Shown in pieces: positions 9,781 to 18,000 of a stretch of DNA of 32,000 nucleotides. The translations under genes and the position numbers were made by a program. Position 1 is the first letter of the stretch. Each line of letters begins with the position of its first letter. Origin of the DNA: Thermoproteus tenax Kra 1 (lineage in GTDB: Archaea; Thermoproteota; Thermoprotei; Thermoproteales; Thermoproteaceae); contig NC_016070.1 in assembly GCF_000253055.1 (NCBI RefSeq), forward strand, positions 510,001-542,000. Direction: 5' to 3'. The notes under the pieces were generated by a model. The model saw only the letters and a list, made by a program, of their open reading frames with translations, had not been told where the DNA came from and searched no databases.

Positions 9781-9936
9781 ATGGCCAGAAACAAGGCGTT
9801 AGGGAGGAAGCTGAGGCTTGCGTCTGCGTTGAAGTCCAATAGAGACCCGCCGGTCTGGGTCAGAGTCAAGACTAAGAATAGAGTGACGCGATCTCCTGCG
9901 AGGAGGAATTGGCGTAGGGTCAAGTTGAAGGCTTAA
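9781..9936 (+). CDS. rpl39e: 50S ribosomal protein L39e (absent from the supplied ORF track)
   Basis: Direct translation: [51 protein letters not shown]; placed directly before L31e. Confidence 0.96.
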   Translation: MARNKALGRKLRLASALKSNRDPPVWVRVKTKNRVTRSPARRNWRRVKLKA

Positions 9937-9959
9937 AAACGCGGTCTTTGAGAGCCACC

Positions 9960-10235
9960 ATGGCCGAAGAGGTCAAAGTCTTGGCCACAAGGGAGTACAG
10001 AATAAGTCTCAGAAGGGCCTACTACGCCGCCCGTACGCGCAGGGCGAGGAGGGCAGTGGCGTTAATCAGAGAGTTTGTATCGAGGCATATCAAGGTGGAC
10101 CCAAAGAGTGTAAAGCTTGATCCGGCCCTCAACGAGTTCGTCTGGTCGAGGAGCCGGGAGAAGCCGCCTAGATACGTCGACGTAGTTGTGGAGAAGCGTA
10201 GCGACGGCACCGCTCTAGTCAAGCTCAAGCAGTAA
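9960..10235 (+). CDS. rpl31e: 50S ribosomal protein L31e
   Basis: [69 protein letters not shown]. Confidence 0.95.
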   Translation: MAEEVKVLATREYRISLRRAYYAARTRRARRAVALIREFVSRHIKVDPKSVKLDPALNEFVWSRSREKPPRYVDVVVEKRSDGTALVKLKQ

Positions 10236-10585
10236 TGGATCCAATAAAGGCGCTACGGTACCGGTTCACTAGGTATTGTGTAAATAGGGCCTACGTCAAC
10301 ATAGACCTATCAAACAAGTCGGCTGAGTTCATCAACTTCCTTGACGACCTAGTGGAGGACATCAGGGATTTGGAGAAGGTCCTAGAGGAGGATCCCTCCA
10401 AGATCGACGAAATATTCACAGTCACCCTGTTGGAAAAGTTCAATGAGCTCAAAGAGAGGGATAGAGAGGTCGCCAAAGCTTTCTTCAGCAATATTCTGAG
10501 AAACTGCCTAGATCTTGAGGAAGTAGCCGAGAGCCCTCTGGGAAGAACCATATACGAGCTCTTGGCCAAGATCGAGCAAAGTTGA
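10235..10585 (+). CDS. Small helical hypothetical protein
   Basis: 116 aa, start overlaps the L31e stop (taatg); no family recognised. Confidence 0.75.
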   Translation: MDPIKALRYRFTRYCVNRAYVNIDLSNKSAEFINFLDDLVEDIRDLEKVLEEDPSKIDEIFTVTLLEKFNELKERDREVAKAFFSNILRNCLDLEEVAESPLGRTIYELLAKIEQS

Positions 10586-10605
10586 TTTTAAAGATGAGAC
10601 TGTAA

Positions 10606-11826
10606 GTGCGGACGCTGTTGCAGGCTCCCCCAGGTTTCGGCAAAACTCGAATCCTGGCCCGCCTTGCCGTTAGGACTGGGGCAAAAACGGTGTTCTTCGT
10701 CCGATCCCATGGGGAGGCTCTACAGGCCCACCGCTATATCTCCGAGCTCGGCGGCCGCGCATCGCTCGCCTTCGGTCGTGCAACCTTGTGTAAATATGGA
10801 GCTAGAACTCTGGGCGACTGTATATCTTTAAGGGAGAGGGGCATCTGTAAAGTAAAATATAAATACATAAATAAAATATTTTATAATTTTGAAGAAATAT
10901 ATAAAGAGAAAATATGTCCATATGAATATTTTCAATCTATAAGTAGACAAGGCAATATTACGATATTGCCAATGTCATATTTAGAGAGCCAAGAGTACTT
11001 GGCTGGGGTGGCCGACTTAATCAGAGAGAGCGAGCTCGTGATAATAGATGAATTTCACAACGTGCTCCTTAATGATCTGACCGCGGAGAGGGATCTGCCA
11101 TCAAGCGCCTACTGTGATTATGGGCTGAAGCGGTGCCTCCTGATGCCGTTTCTAAGGGAGCTGATAGGGGATAGAGATCTCTTTGCGACCACAGCGTCTA
11201 TACCAGAAAAATTTTCAGAGATATTTGTAAATTTCTTTAGTTTAGAATATATAAATAAAGATAATATTTTTTATGAAAATTTAATAATTGATATTTTTCC
11301 AATAAAAATAAGATATAATAATAGAAATAAAAATCAAATTATTAATATAATTTATAAAATAGTTTCAAAAATATTCAATGACTATAAAAAATTAATTATA
11401 TTTATACCTAATAAAAGCCTCTTGAGCTACTATAAGGCCAAGTTCAAGCATCTCCCCGTGTCTGAAGTCCCATTGGGGGATGTTCCCCAAGTGATTTTGA
11501 CCTACTATAACAGCCCTCTTTCCGAGGGCCTTAATATAGATGTGGATTCAGCCGTCCTAATAGGTTTTCCCTTCCCCAATATAACAGATAAATGGCTTAA
11601 AATAAAAATAAATTTTATTGAAAAACTTGGATATAATGGATTTAAATATGTTTATCTTTTCGCTGCTGTCAGCTCCGCAATTCAGGCGATGGGTAGAGCC
11701 ATGCGCGAGCTAGATAGGCGCGTCAAATACATAGCTGCTATCGATGACAGGTTCTGGCACTACCGCAACTATATGCCCGATTGGTTCAAAAGGACGGCCG
11801 TACTGAGGGATGCTCCCAGTTTATGA
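10606..11826 (+). CDS. Compact XPD/DinG-like superfamily 2 helicase with probable Fe-S cluster cysteines (GTG start)
   Basis: Walker A LLQAPPGFGKTRIL, cysteines in CKYGARTLGDC...GICKVKY...KICPYEYF, motif II VIIDEFHNVLL (DEFH rather than DEAH), and motif VI-like QAMGRAMRELDRRVKYIAAIDDRF. Confidence 0.8.
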   Translation: MRTLLQAPPGFGKTRILARLAVRTGAKTVFFVRSHGEALQAHRYISELGGRASLAFGRATLCKYGARTLGDCISLRERGICKVKYKYINKIFYNFEEIYKEKICPYEYFQSISRQGNITILPMSYLESQEYLAGVADLIRESELVIIDEFHNVLLNDLTAERDLPSSAYCDYGLKRCLLMPFLRELIGDRDLFATTASIPEKFSEIFVNFFSLEYINKDNIFYENLIIDIFPIKIRYNNRNKNQIINIIYKIVSKIFNDYKKLIIFIPNKSLLSYYKAKFKHLPVSEVPLGDVPQVILTYYNSPLSEGLNIDVDSAVLIGFPFPNITDKWLKIKINFIEKLGYNGFKYVYLFAAVSSAIQAMGRAMRELDRRVKYIAAIDDRFWHYRNYMPDWFKRTAVLRDAPSL

Positions 11827-11834
11827 CATCGCAA

Positions 11835-11866
11835 ACGGCAAGCCTCGCCCTTAAGGGCGAGGGTGA
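11835..11866 (+). repeat. Palindromic element, degenerate copy F
   Basis: aacggcaagcctcgcccttaagggcgagggtg just after the helicase stop; CCTCGCCCTTAAGGGCGAGG is a perfect 20-nt palindrome. Confidence 0.55.
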
Positions 11867-11887
11867 ATTTAAGCATCTATATTTTTC

Positions 11888-12313
11888 ATGGCGGAGCTAG
11901 TGAAGACAGCGAGAGGGGGGAGCAGGGGCGAGCCCCAACGAGGGGCGGCCCAGCGGTGGATGGGGCGGCCCAGACTAAGGGCGTCCTGGAGGACGGGGGA
12001 GGGGCGCTGCGGATATACGGCGATCGGAGGGCCCGCCGGGATGCTCCGGGAGGCCGCGCCGGAGGTCTACGCGGGCTATCCCAAATGCGCGGCGTATGAG
12101 GGGCTGAGCGAGTACAGAGCCGACGTCTGGGGCCGCCGAAGGCCTCTGCAGAGGCCTGGGGAGGCGCTGGCCGGGCGCTGGATAGGGCTGTACGTCGAGG
12201 GCGGATGCAGCACGTCCACGCCGAGAGGGATAGAGGCGTGCCGCCCGGCGTCGGGCGGGTCAACCACGAGGGGGGACAACGGGCGAGGTCGCAACGGTGC
12301 GGATCCCGCATGA
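11888..12313 (+). CDS. Arg/Gly-rich hypothetical protein (uncertain)
   Basis: ORF ends in an ATGA overlap with the downstream ATPase start (12310-12313), but composition is extreme and other frames are also open. Confidence 0.4.
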   Translation: MAELVKTARGGSRGEPQRGAAQRWMGRPRLRASWRTGEGRCGYTAIGGPAGMLREAAPEVYAGYPKCAAYEGLSEYRADVWGRRRPLQRPGEALAGRWIGLYVEGGCSTSTPRGIEACRPASGGSTTRGDNGRGRNGADPA

Positions 12314-13224
12314 GCGGGGATGGGGTCGTAGACCTCTTGCTTCTCCCGCTGGTGCTTCTGTTGATCTTGACACTACTCTGGAGGGAGGGCGAGGTCTTAA
12401 TAGGCATCGGAGGCGCTGGATTACTATATCTGCCTCTAGATAAACATATAACGATAATTGGTCCCACTAGGTCGGGTAAGACGAGGCTCGCGAAAAAGAT
12501 AGCAAAGCGGTCTGGCGCAAAGGTCATAGTACTTGACTGGAATGGGGAGTATGATCTAGGGCTGAGGGTCAAGGCCCAAAACCTAAAAATTAATATAAGT
12601 AAATTAAATAAAAAAATATTGGTAGAGCTAATTGGATTATCTATAAATTTAAATGAACCATCAATTTATTTTATGTATAGAGCAATTAGAGATTACCAGA
12701 TAAAGAGCCCCCGGGACCTTATTAGGGCGTTGGACTCCTATTTGACTACGACGAAGAGCGAGACTGAGATGAAGGCTGCAATACTTAGGCGCTTGGAGTA
12801 CGTCTTCGATATAATTAGTAATGGAAAAATAAATGTAGAGAAAATAGTCAAAAGCCGTAGGAGCTTCACGATCGATCTCTCAGACTTATCCCTTGTGGAG
12901 GAAAAGGTTCTTATATCTTCATTGATTTTAACATACATATATAATTACTTTCGAAAATCAAATATAAGTAAAAAAATAAAATTGATAATCATAATGGAGG
13001 AGTCTCAAAACTTAGTCAATGCGGCAATAATTCGACACCTGTTCGCAGAGATCGCAAAATATGGAGTACGTGTGGTCATGGTATCAAACGTGATACCTCC
13101 CCCTGAGATGATCGTGCATTCAAACGTAGTTATTGTGAAGCCGCATACACTATATGATTTAAAAATAAATAAATCTTCAATAATAATAAATGATAAAATA
13201 TATAGAGTTTATAAATTTTTATGA
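12310..13224 (+). CDS. HerA/VirB4-like (DUF87-type) ATPase with N-terminal hydrophobic anchor
   Basis: Hydrophobic N-terminus VVDLLLLPLVLLLILTLLW...IGIGGAGLLYLPL, Walker A ITIIGPTRSGKTRLAKKI, VIVLDWNGEYDL, Walker B-like LIIIMEESQNLV, HLFAEIAKYGVRVVMVSN. Confidence 0.8.
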   Translation: MSGDGVVDLLLLPLVLLLILTLLWREGEVLIGIGGAGLLYLPLDKHITIIGPTRSGKTRLAKKIAKRSGAKVIVLDWNGEYDLGLRVKAQNLKINISKLNKKILVELIGLSINLNEPSIYFMYRAIRDYQIKSPRDLIRALDSYLTTTKSETEMKAAILRRLEYVFDIISNGKINVEKIVKSRRSFTIDLSDLSLVEEKVLISSLILTYIYNYFRKSNISKKIKLIIIMEESQNLVNAAIIRHLFAEIAKYGVRVVMVSNVIPPPEMIVHSNVVIVKPHTLYDLKINKSSIIINDKIYRVYKFL

Positions 13225-13436
13225 TAAAATCAAATTATAAGAAAATATATGAACAAATTATAAAAATACTAGAGGAATTGAACGTAGATATAGAGGAGCT
13301 TTCGCCCTGTGAAATATATCTAAATTATTTAAATTATAAGCTTTCATATATAGAAAGAATTCTTTATAATTTAATGGAAAAAATTAATTTTATTGAAAAT
13401 AGATGTGATAAGAATAGAAAAGAAATATATAAATAG
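13221..13436 (+). CDS. Small Lys/Ile/Asn-rich helical protein
   Basis: 71 aa ORF; ATGA overlap with the ATPase stop; amphipathic, coiled-coil-like. Confidence 0.6.
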   Translation: MIKSNYKKIYEQIIKILEELNVDIEELSPCEIYLNYLNYKLSYIERILYNLMEKINFIENRCDKNRKEIYK

Positions 13437-13456
13437 TACTTATATTATTGAGCAAT

Positions 13457-13819
13457 ATGGAGGGCTTTCGTACAATTTACAAATACTCTGAGAAACTAGA
13501 CTCCTATGCAATAAAAAGAATCATTATTAAATTTTTGCAAGATCAAACTAAAAATGCAAAGGGAAATCTTATAACATTTAGGCCATCTAAAATCGCCCAA
13601 GATTTAAGCATATACAGCCGAAAGGATGTCCGCGCTAAGACTGTGATGATTAGAGGATTTTTGGACGAGCTAGTCCACCGCGGCTACATTGCCGTCATCA
13701 AAAGGAGCGCTCGGGGCAAGGTGTACGGCCTCTATAGAAGCGGAAAGCTGTGGGACCTCTTAGACAAATACGAGACAGATAAAGTCCTCGAGATCTTGGA
13801 GTCGGAAAAGCTACAATAA
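13457..13819 (+). CDS. Winged-helix-like DNA-binding protein, hypothetical
   Basis: ITFRPSKIAQDLSIYSRKDVRAKTVMIRGFLDELVHRGYIAVIKRSARGKVYGLYR resembles recognition helix plus wing; ATG at 13457. Confidence 0.65.
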   Translation: MEGFRTIYKYSEKLDSYAIKRIIIKFLQDQTKNAKGNLITFRPSKIAQDLSIYSRKDVRAKTVMIRGFLDELVHRGYIAVIKRSARGKVYGLYRSGKLWDLLDKYETDKVLEILESEKLQ

Positions 13820-13854
13820 TTGCTTCCAATTTATTCTCAGAAGTTTTTTCTACA

Positions 13855-14832
13855 GTGTCCTACGGCGGCCGAGCGATCGAGGAGAGTCCAACTGAGGATA
13901 AATCTATTATAAATTTATTAAGATCTAAAAAGTTAGATAAAGTCTTAATATTAACAGAACTTCGTAAAATTGTACAGAGAGATAAATATAATGTAGCAAT
14001 TGTTGGGGTCTGGAGCAAGGGGCGTCTTGTCGAGCCCCGCGAGTTCAAGATAAACCCAGTGGTGCTACTATTGCCTTTCATCATCTCGATACCGCCCACG
14101 TTGATACTACATCATTTATACTTCCAGATGATCTCAGGCATCTCTGCAATAATATCTAGTAATATATTTATATTTTTTTATTTAAAAAATAAATGTATAA
14201 TTCCTGATTATATTACAATAATAAAAACAAATTATAACGATTTTGAATTTTTAAGGAAAAACAAAGAGAGGATTTTGGCCGATCCCGAGATCTTGGGCAC
14301 CGAGTTTGAGGTCTACCACTTCAAGCCGAAGAACTTATGCTTAGTCAAAGATAAGGCTGCTAACGCCATGGCCTATGAGTCCCCTATGGGGAGGCTCATC
14401 GTCGTCACCACCGGCCTTGTGGCCAAGCTGGCGCCAGAGGAGTTGGAGGCCGCCCTGAGGCACGAGGAGGGCCACATCAAATATAGACATATGTATAAAC
14501 TCATGGCCTTCCTTATCAGTGAATATATCCTAAGGGTCTATCTGCTGAACCTAGTATATACTAACATCTCATTCTACCTCATCGGGATCCATCTGTTGGG
14601 GGCCTCCCTGCTCTATACCTCCCTCGTCAGGCTCTACGAGTATGAGGCCGATAAATACGCAGCATCTCCACACTTGGCCAGAGCGTTGCTCAAAATAGAT
14701 TGGAACAATATGGTTGATGATGTATTACATCCGATTTACTCAAGGCTCAGATTTCTGGTGAAAACTCACCCTAATACGTTGGATAGAGTAGTGAGGATAT
14801 GGACTTTATCAGAGATCTCGCCAAAGCGTTAG
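13855..14832 (+). CDS. M48-family (HtpX/Ste24-like) membrane metalloprotease (GTG start)
   Basis: Two hydrophobic helices, LAPEELEAALRHEEGHIKYRH zinc motif, downstream YEYEADKYAA third-ligand motif. Confidence 0.87.
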   Translation: MSYGGRAIEESPTEDKSIINLLRSKKLDKVLILTELRKIVQRDKYNVAIVGVWSKGRLVEPREFKINPVVLLLPFIISIPPTLILHHLYFQMISGISAIISSNIFIFFYLKNKCIIPDYITIIKTNYNDFEFLRKNKERILADPEILGTEFEVYHFKPKNLCLVKDKAANAMAYESPMGRLIVVTTGLVAKLAPEELEAALRHEEGHIKYRHMYKLMAFLISEYILRVYLLNLVYTNISFYLIGIHLLGASLLYTSLVRLYEYEADKYAASPHLARALLKIDWNNMVDDVLHPIYSRLRFLVKTHPNTLDRVVRIWTLSEISPKR

Positions 14833-15167
14833 CCGAACTGGACAGACTCTCAAGGAGGTACGACGATAGAGAGCTGAGCGAGGTGGTGCAACGCGTGATG
14901 GAACAGATGGGCGCGCTCATCGAGATCTTGGGAAGGCTGTCTGGCGTCTACGAGGAAATGGAGATCATAATGAAGGGCCTTCTGCGGTTGGACACGCCTG
15001 TTCTACACGATATCGAGCTTAAGGACGGCGAGGATCTCCCCTCGTTCTTTGAGAGAGCCCGCGGAGCTGGCGCAGATCCAAACAGAGTGCTCGCCTATCT
15101 TTTGGGCATCAATAAGGCGAAGCTATCTGTAGAGGGCCAGAGGGTCGTGATAAGGCTTAGGCGTTAG
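14799..15167 (+). CDS. Small coiled-coil hypothetical protein
   Basis: 122 aa ORF overlapping the protease 3' end by 34 nt. Confidence 0.65.
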   Translation: MDFIRDLAKALAELDRLSRRYDDRELSEVVQRVMEQMGALIEILGRLSGVYEEMEIIMKGLLRLDTPVLHDIELKDGEDLPSFFERARGAGADPNRVLAYLLGINKAKLSVEGQRVVIRLRR

Positions 15168-15168
15168 T

Positions 15169-15200
15169 TATAACCGCCTCCGCGCCTTAAAGGGCGATGC
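15169..15200 (-). repeat. Palindromic element, degenerate tandem copy B'
   Basis: TATAACCGCCTCCGCGCCTTAAAGGGCGATGC matches 26/32 positions of the first 32 nt of copy B, 36 nt upstream. Confidence 0.65.
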
Positions 15201-15204
15201 TAGT

Positions 15205-15250
<46 letters not shown>

Positions 15251-15301
15251 TTTTAAAAGGGGGCCTAAGTCCGCTCCGTGGTATATCCGATAAAGACGTT
15301 G

Positions 15302-15454
15302 ATGGTGGGGCGGTGCCACAGATGCGGGAGGAGGCTCTACCTCTACGAGGATAGATATCTGTGTAAAAAGACTGGCCACCTATTCTGTGAAGTCTGCGCC
15401 AAGAAATATCAATACAGATGTCCTAATGGCGTCGACCAGCTCGAGAGGATCTGA
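15302..15454 (+). CDS. 50-aa zinc-finger protein (absent from the supplied ORF track)
   Basis: Direct translation: MVGRCHRCGRRLYLYEDRYLCKKTGHLFCEVCAKKYQYRCPNGVDQLERI*; cysteine pairs CHRC, CEVC and additional C/H; TATA-like aaaattttaaaa at ~15247-15258. Confidence 0.7.
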   Translation: MVGRCHRCGRRLYLYEDRYLCKKTGHLFCEVCAKKYQYRCPNGVDQLERI

Positions 15455-15896
15455 AGTCCTCCTCTCTGTGGTCTCTAGCCCCTTCGTTAAATCAGTCTCG
15501 ATTTTCGCCGGCGATAAGGCGTTTCTGACGCAGTACTACAAAGAAACCAAGAGCGTCTATTCGGCCGTAGTTGAAAAGGGCAGAGAGACCCGCATCGACG
15601 ATGAGGAGCTGTTGAGGGCCAGTAGAATTCTAGTGAGGTTGATGGCTATGGTCGGCAAAGCCGTGAAGTCCAGATACTATTCCTTCACGGGAACTCTCGT
15701 TTTGGGCGACGAGCTTGTCTTCAGGCCCTACGTATCGCCCACGTCGACAGCCAGAGTACGTATAAGGGGGCACGATATATTAGTCGATGCCGGCGAGGCG
15801 TTAAGGAAAAAGATAAAGACGAAGACAGATATCGAGGCCGCAGTCAGGAGGATATTGGAGTTGCTCCGTGATGAGACCAGGCTGGACGATAGATGA
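15426..15896 (+). CDS. Hypothetical protein (start within or just after the 3' end of the zinc-finger gene)
   Basis: ORF LLSVVSSPFVKSVSIFAGDKAFLTQYYKETKSVYSAVV...; in-frame ATG at 15426, other starts possible. Confidence 0.65.
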   Translation: MASTSSRGSEVLLSVVSSPFVKSVSIFAGDKAFLTQYYKETKSVYSAVVEKGRETRIDDEELLRASRILVRLMAMVGKAVKSRYYSFTGTLVLGDELVFRPYVSPTSTARVRIRGHDILVDAGEALRKKIKTKTDIEAAVRRILELLRDETRLDDR

Positions 15897-15915
15897 GCGC
15901 GGTTAAAAGCGCTGA

Positions 15916-16995
15916 TCAGGGCAACATCGAGCCGTCAGGCACGTCCTCGACTACCTCCCTATTTGGTCCGATGGCTGAGCCGCGGCCTACATAGACTTCG
16001 TCCTTTATATAGACGCCGTCGGCCACAACGGACTCCAGGACGCGGGCCCATCTGCCTATATAGGTCTCCTCTCCAATTATGGACCCGGAGATATAGGCCC
16101 CCGGCTCCACTGTGGCCGCCCTCATTAACACACTGTTTTTCAGCCTGGCGTATCTCCCGACTTTGGCGCCCTGGCCCAACACCACATAGGGGCCCAACGA
16201 GGCGCCCTCCTCCACTATGGAGCCCTCGCCTATGTAGACCGGCGGAGTGATGTCGATGCCCGGCTTGTCGACCTCCTTGCTCCCCCATTTGTCTAGAGCC
16301 GCGTAGTTGGCCTTAAGATAGTCGGCGGGCGTCCCTATGTCGTGCCATATCCCTCTATGTATAAACGCGTATATATCTCCTCGCCTCAAGAGCTCGGGGA
16401 TTATATCCTTCGCTATCTTCACTTCCCCCCGCCTTCTAGGGATGAGTTTGAACACCTCGGGCTCAAAGACGTATATCCCGGCGTTTGCCAATCTGCTACC
16501 GGCCGGCGGCTCCTTAGGCTTCTCGACAAACTCGATCAACCTCATGGAGTCGTCTAATACGGCTATTCCGTACTTGCTGACGCTCTCTGGCGACACCTCT
16601 ACGAGCATCATCGTGGCCACGCCCCCCGCGCGTTTGTGGGCGTCCAGGACGGCGCGATAATCGGCGTCAGTGAAAACGTCGCCGTTGACCACCATCACAG
16701 CTCCCGATATGTTTAAGCTCTCTGCCACGTGGGCCAGAGCCCCTCCGTCGCCCATGGGCCTGCTCTCCTCGACAACGGTGGCGGCCCCGCCCCAACGCCG
16801 CGAGATGTGTTCTCTTATCATGTGCGCCAGATATCTCGCCGATATTACGGCCGGCGCAATGTCCCTCGCCCTCTCCAGTATCCAGTCTATCAACGGTTTG
16901 TCGAGGATTGGGAAAAGCGGTTTGGCCCTCGTGTAGCTCAACGGCCTCAGCCTAGTGGCAAAACCTCCAGCCAACACTACAACTCTGTCGATCAT
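15916..16995 (-). CDS. Sugar-phosphate nucleotidyltransferase with left-handed beta-helix C-terminus
   Basis: VVVLAGGFATRLRPLSYTRAKPLFPILDKPLIDWIL, MVVNGDVFTD, FVEKPKEP, IWHDIGTPADYLKAN, hexapeptide repeats near the C-terminus. Confidence 0.92.
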   Translation of the reverse strand: MIDRVVVLAGGFATRLRPLSYTRAKPLFPILDKPLIDWILERARDIAPAVISARYLAHMIREHISRRWGGAATVVEESRPMGDGGALAHVAESLNISGAVMVVNGDVFTDADYRAVLDAHKRAGGVATMMLVEVSPESVSKYGIAVLDDSMRLIEFVEKPKEPPAGSRLANAGIYVFEPEVFKLIPRRRGEVKIAKDIIPELLRRGDIYAFIHRGIWHDIGTPADYLKANYAALDKWGSKEVDKPGIDITPPVYIGEGSIVEEGASLGPYVVLGQGAKVGRYARLKNSVLMRAATVEPGAYISGSIIGEETYIGRWARVLESVVADGVYIKDEVYVGRGSAIGPNREVVEDVPDGSMLP

Positions 16996-17681
16996 GCAAG
17001 AACCTCCTCAATGTATTTATTTATCAGATCCAGCGGCCCGATCCTCCTCCTCAAGATGTTCCCGCCGATACCCCTTATGACGACGACCTCCTCCGACTTC
17101 CTCGAAAGTATATTGAAGTATATCTTCACTAAAACGTATTCGTTGTCGTGCCTCGATAATATTTCGACAGGCATTGGACCTAGACGGCACGAACACGTCA
17201 GAGTGGTCTCCCCAAAGCCCTTGAGCGCCAGGAGGACATTTAAGGCCGTCTCTATACGTCTCCGGTCCGTCAATGAGGCGTTGATGTGAAACAAGGCGCC
17301 CGCCCTCGATGCGCCCAGGGCCAGCGCCCTCTTACCGCCTCCTATTATCAAGAGCTTGTTCCACGCGTCCTCCCACTTGCCCACCTCTCTATTCCTCACA
17401 GACTGGATAGTGACCTTCATTCTCTTCATCCTCCTCAGCCCTGCCGCGTCCAACACGTCCACATCGCCGTCTACCGCCACGGCCTTGACTATCGAGGTGG
17501 ATAGAGACGCCATTACTAGGTGGGATCTGAGTTCAGATCCTTGGATGGAGAGCTCGGCCAAATCCACGCCCTCAATGGGGTACGACATATCGTGGAACTT
17601 GTCCGCCTCAACGTAGTAGAAGCTGAGCCTTCCTCCTCTCTGGCCTACTGCCACTGTGGCGGGCGTCGGAAGAGTTATCAC
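16992..17681 (-). CDS. Hypothetical protein
   Basis: 229 aa ORF overlapping the nucleotidyltransferase start by 4 nt; no family recognised. Confidence 0.75.
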   Translation of the reverse strand: MITLPTPATVAVGQRGGRLSFYYVEADKFHDMSYPIEGVDLAELSIQGSELRSHLVMASLSTSIVKAVAVDGDVDVLDAAGLRRMKRMKVTIQSVRNREVGKWEDAWNKLLIIGGGKRALALGASRAGALFHINASLTDRRRIETALNVLLALKGFGETTLTCSCRLGPMPVEILSRHDNEYVLVKIYFNILSRKSEEVVVIRGIGGNILRRRIGPLDLINKYIEEVLA

Positions 17682-17765
17682 GTGAGAGTTGGCGCCTCTA
17701 TTTATAATCGATGGAGGACACTGAAGCTAAACGTCGCCTACAAATATCGGTGCGCCCGCAATTAC

Positions 17766-17981
17766 ATGGATCTGAAGGCTTTGGCCAAGTTGGTGTCCTC
17801 TAAAGTGGAAAGATCCGCCGATCTAGACGCACTGTTGAGCCAGTACGGAGTGACCTTGAGCTTTCGCGAGAAGGTCAAGCTGATAGAGCTCCTCCCCGAC
17901 GATATCTCGGTGGTGTACGACGCAGTCACAGACAGGTTTATAGTCTACAAGAATCTGGCGCGTTCAGCCCACACTGTTTAA
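17766..17981 (+). CDS. Small hypothetical protein
   Basis: MDLKALAKLVSSKVERSADLDALLSQYGVTLSFREKVKLIELLPDDISVVYDAVTDRFIVYKNLARSAHTV; the longer ORF in the track starts inside the divergent gene and is probably over-extended. Confidence 0.6.
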   Translation: MDLKALAKLVSSKVERSADLDALLSQYGVTLSFREKVKLIELLPDDISVVYDAVTDRFIVYKNLARSAHTV

Positions 17982-17984
17982 AAA
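17976..17984 (+). promoter_or_regulatory. TATA-like box for a probably leaderless HIT-family gene
   Basis: gtttaaaaa with GTG starts at 18001/18004. Confidence 0.5.
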
Positions 17985-18000
17985 GCCCCAACTAAAGCGA

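Noticed and set aside
9720-9923. 67-aa [20 protein letters not shown]...
   Set aside because: It is the antisense frame of rpl39e (9781-9936), whose translation is unmistakable; its start and stop match the minus strand.
11886-12572. 228-aa minus-strand ORF across the helicase/ATPase junction
   Set aside because: Antisense to the HerA-like Walker A region; Pro/Ser/Arg-rich chance frame.
16729-17289. 186-aa plus-strand ORF opposite the nucleotidyltransferase and its neighbour
   Set aside because: Antisense to two genes, one with a clear family assignment.
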